Assembly (NCBI RefSeq): GCF_009914755.1
Contig: NC_060936.1
Direction: 5' to 3' (one strand)
Length of the DNA stretch: 64,000 bases
Source: the human T2T-CHM13v2.0 reference genome, Homo sapiens
The notes under the pieces are model-generated. The model searched no databases, had not been told where the DNA came from, and worked only from the letters and a program-made list of their open reading frames with translations. How positions within the stretch are numbered: the first letter of the stretch is position 1; the number at the start of each line of letters is the position of its first letter. Position numbers and translations under genes: made by a program. Shown piece after piece: positions 52,490 to 64,000 of this stretch.

Positions 52490-52950
52490 ATGAATATGCA
52501 TATGGACTTTGGAGTCTGGCAGCCTGGATTCAGATATTGAATCCAGGCTTTGTAAAATGAGAAAAAAAAATGCCTATCTTGTAGTGTTGATTGCCTTTTT
52601 ATTGAAAACTTTGATAGTGCCAGGCACTATTCTAAATGTTTTCCAAATACTAACTTAATTAATCCTCATAACAAATCTATGAGTAGGAACTAATAATATT
52701 CGCATTTTACAGATGTGGAAACTAAGACATAGAAAGTGTAAGTAACTTTCTCAAAGGCATGTAGCTAGTAAAATGTGGAGCTGGGATTTGAACCTGTCTA
52801 TTTGATACTAAAGTTCATCTCTGCTATGCTGACACTCCTTGTGGAAAGGATTAAATAATTCAATGCAAGTCAAGTTCTTTGTAATGCCAGACATTTGGTA
52901 CAATCAAAATCTGTTGGCTACTGCTGTTATAATTACTATTATTACTACTT
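52490..52950. mobile_element. Nested MIRs (minus copy ~52600-52830 inside a plus copy)
   Basis: cattttacagatgtggaaactaagac...gagctgggatttgaacc flanked by forward MIR halves. Confidence 0.6.
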
Positions 52951-53680
52951 GACAATATGTGTTCTGAAGCTATTTTCATGCTTCAGAAATGGATATATCA
53001 TATATATATATATATGTATACCTACTATGTACCCACAGAAATTAAAAATTAAAAAAGAAATTAATGTATCCATAAAGAACTAATATAAAACATACTAAAT
53101 ATGCTTTTCCTAAACCTAGTCACTAAGTACAAAACCTGGATGGTACTTATTGCACAGAACTTACAAACATGTTGAATTAAAATGGCTTAGGTGGCAAACA
53201 GAACATGGGCCCTTCATAATTTCATTGTTAGTGATGCCTTTTTAAATTCTTCCTGAGTAGGTTGTAAGTTTTCCAATTCAAATAATTTTTAAATACTAAG
53301 AAAGTTGGCTTTGCCATTCCTGTAATGAGATATTGATGGCAAAGGGAAAAAATTCAGAAGCTGATTTTGCTTTGGAAAAACTGGTGCCGCTGTTCTTCCT
53401 CTGCGTTATGATTATAGCAATTCCTCCTTATCTGCAGTTTTATTTTCTGTGGTTTCAGTTACCTCCAATTAACTGCAGTCTGAAAATATTAAGTAGACAA
53501 TTCCAGAAATAAACCATCCCTGTTTTAAATTGTGTGCTGTTAGGAGTAGTGTGATGATAATCTCACATTGTCTGCTCTATCCATCTGGATGTCTGGCACA
53601 TTCACGCTGTTTACACTACCTGCCTTAGTCACTTTGCAGCCATCTTTGGTATCAGATTGGCTGTTGTGTTCTTGCTGTAC

Positions 53681-53975
<295 letters not shown>

Positions 53976-54061
53976 CTTGCAGTACTTGTGTTCAAGGAAC
54001 CCTTATTTTACTTAATAATGGCTGAAAGCAGAAGAGTAGTGAGATTGGCATATTGATATAA

Positions 54062-54382
<321 letters not shown>

Positions 54383-54557
54383 AGTTATTGTTGTCAATGT
54401 CTTACTGTGCCAAATTTATCAATTAAACTTTATCATAAGTATGTATGTATAGAAAAAAACCTGATATATATAGGGTTTGGTATTATGAGCAGTTTTAGGC
54501 ATCCACTGGGGGTCTTGGAATGTATCCCCTATGGATAAGGGGGGCTACTGTACTTAC

Positions 54558-54703
54558 AGACCGGTGGAAGCTCGTACTCTACTTCAAGAACCACTCTTTC
54601 TCCCACATTCTTCAGCAAGCTGATGATCTCGTCATGGCGGAATTTGGCCAGGTTGATTCCATTCACTGCTTTGATGTAGTCACCCACATCCAGCTGGTCA
54701 CTT
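54558..54703 (-). CDS. GRIP1: GRIP1 coding exon 4 (146 nt, phase 2-1), second half of PDZ1
   Basis: Acceptor ttttgcag|AAGTGAC and donor GTCT|gtaagt. Translates [48 protein letters not shown], visible inside track ORF 54529..54747. Confidence 0.97.
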
Positions 54704-55025
54704 CTGCAAAATAGACAATGTTGTTTCAACAGACCCACCCTCTCCATAGGCCAGTCTGACTATATTTCCACTTTCCCTTCATGGTAAGCATGCAAGTGTA
54801 GAAGCAAGCCTAGAAGGCTGACAGCAGAAGTCCCTGCCTCCTAGGAGACGGTGGGCCCTTAAGGGTAAGAGTACAGCTGAAGTCAGATGAGAGCCAGGGA
54901 TCCCTTTTACTCATGCAGCCTGTGATACTTTGGAAGTCCTGCTCTGATTCTGCCACTATCTCTGATTTTTTTCCTTTTTGCCTGTTTTATTTTTAAAAGC
55001 ACCATAAAACAAAATCAAGAGAAGC

Positions 55026-55049
55026 TTTTTTTTTTTTTTTTTTTTTTTT
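55026..55049. repeat. T24 homopolymer
   Basis: Read directly from the sequence. No adjacent Alu or L1 body. Confidence 0.95.
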
Positions 55050-56250
55050 CAGTTCTTTGCCCTAAACCAGTTGGTTCTCTGGGATGGGATCCAGATCCTA
55101 GACACAACACATGTCTTTTTATTCTCAATCCCTCTTGTTTTTGCTGCCTCCCTTTTGTACATTTCACCTCTTTCAATAACTTCACTGGGAGTTTGTCCAG
55201 GACTAAGGAAAGGGTCAGCTTATTTTGCTATTTATTGCTTACAGCAGGATTGATAAGAAGAGTATTGGTGAAGGAGAAATCACAATGCAAATATTGGGTT
55301 TCAGTAACATTCTTATCTCTCTATACCACCATAACAGAATATTGGCTGCTCTTGGACTTTAGTCAAACTCCGTTTCTAAACCAAGAGCAGGTAGCAAGAC
55401 CAATAATAAGAGTTAAAATTCATGTCACTGATAAGGACCTTCAATAACATTTTCTCCCAAAACAGAAATAGCTAATGCATTTATTTTATATATAAATCCA
55501 GCTCCAATCATTCCTCCTTCAAAGAGCCTCCTAATCTGCTCCAGTCTGCAGTACATGCATGGCCCTTACCTCACTTTCCTGACACTTATGTCAACTTAAC
55601 CGCCTAATGCTCTGTAATAACTTCTGTGCTGTTGCTTTTTGCTATCATGCAATGCCATTTTTACTCCCAAATGTTTCATGTTTTTTATGCCTTATCTCCA
55701 CTAATAGATTGTGAGCCCCTTTAGGGCAAGGATCTCATCTTTAATTATTCTGATTTACTACCTTCAAAATGGTAGTGCCTTTAACAGTGACTATTTGGTG
55801 ATTTTTAATTCTCAATATAACTGGCACAGTAATACTTTTAATTACAGAATTAATACAACTGAAAATGCTACCCTTTCCTCCATTCACACTTGCCTTAAGG
55901 GAGAGCTATAAAGAAGCTCTGGAGACTTATGAACCCCTAGCATCATGAACTGGCCATGATTGTTATAAAATAAAGGAGGTTGTGGGTGTGGAAAGATGCT
56001 TCTTAAAAGCCTAAAGAAAGCAGATTGAGGTGCTTGTGTCCACACCAGCCTCCCTTACAAACAATAACTTCTGATCATGGAGGCAATCCACTGGATTAAG
56101 TTTATAAATTGTACAAACAGGTTGATCATTAAAATTAATCACAGAAATCACCACTTCAGATGACATTTTATGGGGCAAGAACTCAGATTTAACCTGGAAT
56201 TATGTGGATATGAATATTGGTGGCCAGAATTTAAGGTACTTTGGCCTCAC

Positions 56251-56604
<354 letters not shown>

Positions 56605-57293
56605 TAATGAAACCTGATCTTCTGTCCCCTTTTTCTGAGGCAGATTTAGAATGTATCTCAAGGAAGCCCACCCCTGCCCAGTATCCAGGACATTCTGCCT
56701 TTGGCAATAACTAGTGGAATTTGCAGTTCATGGAAAGAAAGACAGGTGAGACCTCCTCCTCTAAGCCTTCTGTCCTTTCGGAAACCAACTCTTTAAAATC
56801 TCACAGGTAGAAAAGGAGAGAGGATGTGAGATAAACAAAATTTTCACTGAAAACTCAGAGTTAGGTCTCCCATTCTTTCTAGGGTAGCCATGTCCCCTCT
56901 CTGGCACTTTTCCCCATTCACATTATATGGGTCATCTGTTTCACATTTAGATGATTGGAGTGTCTCCTTCCCACTGCAGCTTGTCTGCTGTTCAGTGGCA
57001 CATTTGCAGACAAGATTCACATAGGCTTTTTGAAATTAAAATCTTGTGAGGGCCTGGCAGCTCCTGAGATGACACAAGAACCTCCCTGGGACTGCAGCCT
57101 AGGCTAGAACAGCCACATGGGCAGACCTGGGGAACAGCTTCTGAAACGTGCCCCACTGTGCTTCTGCTGGCCTGTGCTGCCTGGCAGATGGCAGCTGTCA
57201 TTTATTTATTAGTGACCACTTTTGATGGAGCTTTAATTTTTGAATTAATTACACCCTGTGTTCCTTTCAGTAGATTTCCCCAAGAGGCAGTTA

Positions 57294-57473
<180 letters not shown>

Positions 57474-60400
57474 TCACCAATGTCATTTCTCCTCCCCAGA
57501 AGTTCTTTCCACTTTTTCTTTTATGAGAAAAGATATTTATGGCCTCCTTCCATTGTAATTTGAAGAATATTTCATAAAGATGTGCATGCAGGTAATGCTG
57601 AGGCAGATATTCTATTAGAGGTTATGAAAATGGGCACTGGTGGGGTATTCACTCCAGGTTGACAATAGTCCAAATTGTCTTATGTACAAATAATATTCAC
57701 CCTTTATTTTCTGCCATTCTCAGGTGACATTCTCTGGTTTCTCTCCTTGTAACTCCAATGGGAACAATTAAAAATTGTAAAGTACAGAATTAGAACAGAA
57801 TTTTAGATGATAATACGAACATATATAGCACAGTGGCACACTCCAAGTTCATGGTATGTCTCAGGTTAGGAAGCCAACTGAAAGGAGAAGAGTGCTTTCT
57901 ACAGGTTCTAGAAAAATATTATTGACTTTACTTTCTTTGTCTTTCAAAAACAAAGTATGATGGCTTATGTAACAATTCATGTCATTCTTGCAGAATATGT
58001 CACAGTATGGCAAGGCAGGATTGATCCTCAGAATTTCCAGGTAACTGACATAAATCTTTCATTCTCTGCTTACGAAATTTTAAAATTTCACAGATCTTGT
58101 GGGGATAATATCTATATAGCAAGATAGAACTCAACTCTTTTGATTTTAGTCAGAGCAGAAGGTAAGAAAACTGTAAGAATATCCTTCCCTTCAAAAATAA
58201 AAATGAGTAGAGTCAATATTTACCTTCCAGAGGCTAATTAGGATAAATGCTGTTTTAAAATTATCTGTGATGTTATTCCCCTATCTGCAAATATATTTTC
58301 TTGGTAGGGATGGGGAAATTGTCCAATTTTCCAACTTCTCCTAAATTAAGTTACACATTTCAGGGGTAATGAACTTCTAGAACATCAAAGACGCATATTA
58401 AAATGCAAAAACAAACTCGCTCTTTCAAAGTGAAATTTAAAAAAAGATTATTTGCACACCTTAACCCTTTCCCTAATTACAGTTATTTATAATGTTGAAA
58501 ATATTTATAAATGTGTATCATAAAGGTTTTTAAATTGCTGCTGCTAGTACATTATCCTACTAGCCAATGAAAAAATGAAATTACATTAGGTAAGGAAACA
58601 GTATCTCAACTGATCTAGTGAGGAGAACAGAGTACTTGGGGGAAGAAGGCTGGGGACGGCAGGCTACTTATTTCCTCAGCAGCCTAGAGAATGTCCTTCA
58701 AGGCAGGGCTTTTGAGTTTGCCAGCTCCTGTGACTTTAACATCCCAGCATACCATCACTGGAATCCTGCCTTTTCATGGCAGTCTCATGACACTGTATAC
58801 ATAAGTCATTATCGTCTTTTAAAGTAGAAGCCAAGGAGGAGTCTGAGCGTGTATGATGTCAGCTTCATCTACTACATTTTGTATGACAGACCAAATAAAA
58901 ATTGAAATTCAAGAATGAAAATTCTTGTCAAGTGCATGAAAGTACAGGACCTTTTACATCATTTACCAGAAACATCTGTAACAAAATTCTATCACTGTGT
59001 GCACTTCCCTTGTGCTACTTAAAACAAAACAAAGCAAACCCCAGAAATCTCATGAAAACATACGTAGATTCAACTGATATTGAAGACATCACCTTAATAA
59101 ACAATCCCTCTAAACCCTTGCTGGCAGAAGGCTAGGTATAAATTTTTTTAAAATAAAGTTAATAATTAAAGTAACCAAAATGACATAGATGATGACCGTT
59201 CATATTAAAGAGATATAATGTGCCCAACAATTTTGCCAACAAAAAGATTCTCTGCATCTTCTTTAAATATGCAGAGTATCCTATATATTTAGACATCTGA
59301 TTATAGAACTTTACATGTAGAGTTGGAAGCATAGTTTTTTTTAAGTGCTTATCTTAAAGGTCTATCCAATTTTCATGAAGAAGCAACTCTAAAATACTAA
59401 CACCAGGCATGTGAGAAGTAAGTTTCTATTCATAAAAATTTTCCTTCTACTCCAAGTTTTCAAGGACATGCTTCCTGCATAAAATAGGATGCACGGGTAC
59501 AGCCTTATGGGAGGCAGACAATGTCATTTTCTCCAGAAGGAACCCAGGTGCTTCCTGGGCTTCCGGCTGAATCCTGAAAATCTAGAAAAGCTCAATTATT
59601 TTAGTTTAATTTCATCATTATTAAAATATAAATTCATCGATCTGGCTACTTTTTCAACTGATACTTGTCAATTACCCTATCATTTAAAAACATTTCAAAT
59701 GTTTTCCTAAGAGCTAATTTTAATAATGTGAAATTGAGAAAATATTCCTGCACCAGTTAATTGAGTAATTTGTGCATTCATTGATTCAAGCACGTATTGA
59801 ATGCCTACTCTGAGCCAGACAATAAAACTCAAAGATGGAAAAAGCAAAGGCCATTATCCTCAAGATGGGCCACAGCCTAGTCAAAGAGGCAACGTCACAG
59901 ACCACTGTACCATACAGCATGAGTTGTAGGGAAGCAGCCACAGAGAAGATGGTCCAGGCAACAACGTAGAGCGAAGGCCTGAGATTCCAAATGCACCATC
60001 TATTTTACAATTTTGTCTTCTAGCCAATCTGCTGTACTTATCGACCAGGGTTAGCTGAGCAGAGCAGACCAAAGAAGGAATATAAATTAGGCAAAACTCA
60101 GGAGTAAAGATAGAACATACTTGCAAGAAAATTTGCTGAATCGCAAGAATGGTAACTGCCAATAAGTATCTCTGGTCCCAGAAGAATTGACTAAATCTTT
60201 TATGGATGTTTCTGTAGGGGGTGGGAGAGAAGTGGTCAGGAGAGAAAGGAACCTGCTTTTGGAGTTTGCTTTTGGCTCACCTGAAGTCTCCACTTGGCTA
60301 ATTAATCATTTAATACCCTTTTTGGTGTTTAATGTTTGCATAGTGATCTAACGAAGACAGAAGAAATGAAGACAGATGCATTCATTTGCATGAGTTCACT

Positions 60401-60794
60401 TATATATCAAGGCTTACTGAACAAACACTGTGGTAAAACAGTGGAACTTGGGCAAGTCAATATGTACTGATGATTTCTTTCTTTTGTGATTTAAATTGCA
60501 AATATCACTCCCTCAATTAAGAGGACCTTGTAGGGAGCACTGTACACTCTTTCAATTAGCAAGCAGCACAGGCAACAGATGATGTCTAACTAGTGAGGAA
60601 GGAAATGGTTCTGAATTTGACTTTTTCCTTAATCACCATATTTATTTATCTTAGAAAATAAATGGTATAGGTTTACAGCTATACCATTACTTACTCAACA
60701 TAACTGAACAGAATCCCACTGATGAAATGAAATTTAGTTGTTTGCTGTTTTTCTTTGTGTTTGTAATTCAATCTTTTTAATTACTGAACTCCAG

Positions 60795-61095
60795 AAATTT
60801 TTAAGAAAAGTAACAGTGATGGTTGGCAAACACAAGAGAATTATGAAAAGTTCTTACGAACAAATAAGAATATTTAAAAACACAGATGGTTATACAATTA
60901 ATATGCAGAAAACTATATCCTTTATATAGACAAACAACAGCCAGTAAAAGGTTATTATAGAAGAGAAGGCCCCATTTACAATAGCCAAAAGGTAAAATCC
61001 CTGGAAAAAACTTAACAAAACTGTGCAACATCTATATGAAGACAACTTTAAAGTGCTTCTGAAGGATATAAGATTAGAATAAATGAAAAGGCATC
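60795..61095 (+). mobile_element. Old L1M ORF2 fragment, followed by a reverse L2 end (~61098-61230)
   Basis: ggttatacaattaatatgcagaaaac...ccatttacaatagcc, then cattcattcattcaataagaactgagcacttactatgtgccag. Confidence 0.65.
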
Positions 61096-61234
61096 CCATT
61101 CATTCATTCAATAAGAACTGAGCACTTACTATGTGCCAGACAGTGTTTGAGGCATTGGAGATACAACACTGAACAAAATGGATACTATTCCTGCCATCTA
61201 AGAACTAATATTCCAGTGGATAGCATAAGTCAAC

Positions 61235-63486
61235 AGAAAAAAGCATTGATTTTCTTTAATCAGTTGTATATCTATATAGTAGCAATGAACATATGTACCT
61301 TAAAATTAATAATGAAATATCATATATAATTGTTCAAAAAATGAAATTCTTAGGTGTACAAGTAACAAAACATACAGTACTTACATTGTGAAAACTAAAA
61401 AATGCTGTTGAAAGAAATTAAAGAAGGCCTAAATAATTGGAGAGACAAACATGTGCATGGACTGGGAGACTCAGCATAACAAAGACATTAATTCTTTCCA
61501 AATTGATATATAGGTTTAATGCAAACCTTATCAAAATCCCAGCAAAATATTTTGTAACTATAGACAAGATTATTCTAAAATTTATATGAAAGGGAAAGGA
61601 ACAATTTTTAAAAAGAAGAAAGTGGGAGTATTTAGTCTACTCAATTTCAAAACTTACATAGTTAAGAGTAATAAAGACTGTGTGGTAGGCCAGGTGCAGT
61701 GGCTCATGCCTATAATTCCAGCACTTTGAGAGGCTGAGAGGGGAGAATCATTTGAGACCAGGTGTTCAAGAGCAGCAACACAGTGAGATCTCATCTCTGC
61801 ATAATTTTTTTTTTTTTTAAATAGCTGGGCATGGTAGTGTGCACCTGTAGTCCCAGCTACTCAGGAGGCTGAGGCAGTAGGATCACTTGAGCCTGGGAGG
61901 TCAAGGCTGCAGTAAGCTATGATCATGCCATTGCACTCCAGTCTGGGCGATAGAGTGATACCCTGTATCAAAAATCATAAGTAAAACCACTGTGGTATTG
62001 ATGGAGGGATAGACATATAGATCACTGGAACAAAACAGAGGACCCAGGAATAGACTCGCACAAATATGACATACTGTTTTTTGACAAGATGCAAATGCAA
62101 TTCAATAGAGGAAAGGTAGCCTATTCAACAAATGATGCTGGAGCAATTTGACATCCACAGGCAAAATAAATAAATAAATCCCACAACTTGACCAGAGTTT
62201 CACACCTTGTATAAAATTTAACTCAAAATAAATCACAGTCAAAAATGTAAACCATAATATTATAGAAACTGTATGAAATATTTAGAAACTGTAGGAAAAC
62301 AGGATAAAAATTTTAAGATCTAGGTTTAGCGAAGGGTTTCTAGACTTGACATAAGCATGATCCATAAAAGGAAAAAAAAATCAGCAAATTGGACTTCATC
62401 AAAATTAAAAATGAATGCTCTCTGCAAGACCTGCTTAAGATGAAAAGAACATCTACAGACCAGGAAAAAATATCTGCAAACTACATATCCAACAAAAGAC
62501 AAAAGACTAGTATTTCAAATATACAAGCAACTTTCAAAACTCAACAGTAAAAAAGCAAACAATCTAATTAGAAAATGGGAAAAAGACATGAAATATTTTA
62601 TTAAAGAGGATATACAGATGGCAGGTAAGTACACACGAAAAAATGCTCAACATTTTCCATTGGGGAAATGGCTCAAATTACTTAAAAATTAAAACTACAA
62701 TTGATATCATTACACACTTATCAGAAAGGCTAAAATAAAAATTAGTGACAACACCAAATGCTGGTGAGGATGCAGAAAATTAGATCACTCTGACGCTACT
62801 GATGGGAATGTAAAATAGGACAACTACTCTGGAAAACAGTTTAGCAGTTTATTAGAAAACTAAATATGCAACCACCCTATGAGCCAGAAATTATACTCCT
62901 GGGCATTAATCCTAGAGAAATGAATGCTTTCATTCACACCAAAACCTGTAAGTGAATAATTATCACAGCCTTATTCACAATAGCAGGAAACAGAAACAAC
63001 CAAGATATCCTGCAACAGGTAAATGGCTAAACAAGTGTGGTTTGTCTATACCACGGAATACTTCTCAGCAATCAAAAGGGTCAAACTAGTGCTACAAGTA
63101 ACGACCCAGATCAATTACCAGAGAACTATGCTAAGGGCAAAAAGTCAACCCCAAAGATTTCACATTGTGTGATTCCATTTATTTAACATTCTTGAAATGA
63201 CAAAATTATAGCACTAGAGTATGGGTTAGAAGTTGCCAGGGGTAAGGGCAGGAGGGAAGTGGATGCAGGTATAAAAGAGTAAAGGATTGATCCTTGTGGT
63301 GATGGATATGTTCTGTATCTTGACTCCATCCATGTCAATATCCTGGTTGTGATATTACATATAGTTCTGTAGATATTTCTATTGGGGAAAACAAGGTAAA
63401 GGATATAAGGAATTTCTATATTATTTTCTACAACTGCATATGAATCTACAATTATCTCAAAATTAGGAGTTTAATTTTTTAAAAAA
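61235..63486 (+). mobile_element. L1MD-like element (end of ORF2 plus 3' UTR) interrupted by an AluJ
   Basis: 3' end gatccttgtggtgatgga...caactgcatatgaatctacaattatctcaaaat. Confidence 0.8.
61688..61980 (+). mobile_element. AluJ
   Basis: Alu dimer with TSD-like tgtggta on both sides. Confidence 0.9.
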
Positions 63487-63499
63487 TGTCCCATCAGTG

Positions 63500-63597
63500 G
63501 GTATATGATTCAATTGGTCTGGAGTACGCCTAGGCATCAGTATTTGAAAAGTTCCTCCAGTGGATTCTAACATGCAGCTAGAATTGAGGAACTACTT
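63500..63597. mobile_element. MER5-type fragment
   Basis: tgattcaattggtctggagt...ggcatcagtattt...gattctaacatgcagc...ttgaggaacta. Confidence 0.6.
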
Positions 63598-64000
63598 GTG
63601 GTTACTTAAGAGTGAAATGAACATGTGTTGTTCTTTTAGTTTATATATATCTTTTTTCAAATGGCTAATAAGTTGTTAGGATAAAATATGAACTGTGTTG
63701 TTTGGACCTAACTACTTAGTAAATTGAACTAGTGGTATTTCATTTGGCCTGGAGGTGCTGTAAAAAATTCTGAGACACTAAAGGCTCTGTGGACTGAGAA
63801 AGTTTAGAAACTTCTGCCCTAGGACTTTATCTTGTTTTCATTCAGCTGGTGGAAGGGGAAAGACAGCTCTCTTGAAAGCCATTACTGGCCTGCTTATGTT
63901 CACATCCCAAGGGCAAGAACTTATTCCATCCATGTACACACATAAATTCAAAGGAGGCTGAGAACTAGAGTCTAAATAGAGACCCATGCAATGGGGGTAG

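Noticed and set aside
54529-54747. 72-aa ORF as a stand-alone PDZ microprotein
   Set aside because: It is GRIP1 exon 4 read through into the flanking intron.
57179-57197. CTCF-like motif cctggcagatggcagc
   Set aside because: It mismatches a near-invariant core C and is better read as E-boxes.

Overview
Great-ape/human genomic DNA lying entirely inside the GRIP1 gene (glutamate receptor-interacting protein 1), transcribed on the minus strand. Five coding exons are present, all with GT-AG boundaries and matching phases: 57295-57430, 54558-54703, 45312-45395, 33382-33457 and 31100-31245 (exons 3-7 in the canonical numbering as I recall it). Together they encode PDZ1 and PDZ2. The rest is intron dominated by transposable elements: a full-length but inactivated L1PA3/4, older L1s, about 14 Alu-family elements, a solo HERV-H LTR7, MaLR and ERV1 LTRs, MER44B, L2, MIR and microsatellites. 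Nearly all ORFs in the supplied track are L1 fragments or spurious. I see no new protein-coding system. The best hypotheses are: (1) an L1 antisense-promoter/ORF0-like leader whose two splice donors are in frame with GRIP1 exons 6 and 7; (2) a unique CpG-rich intronic element shaped like an antisense exon; (3) an LTR7up-type solo LTR; (4) transposons inserted almost on top of two splice donors. Repeat subfamily calls come from recalled consensus sequences, not a database search, and boundaries of old repeats are approximate.
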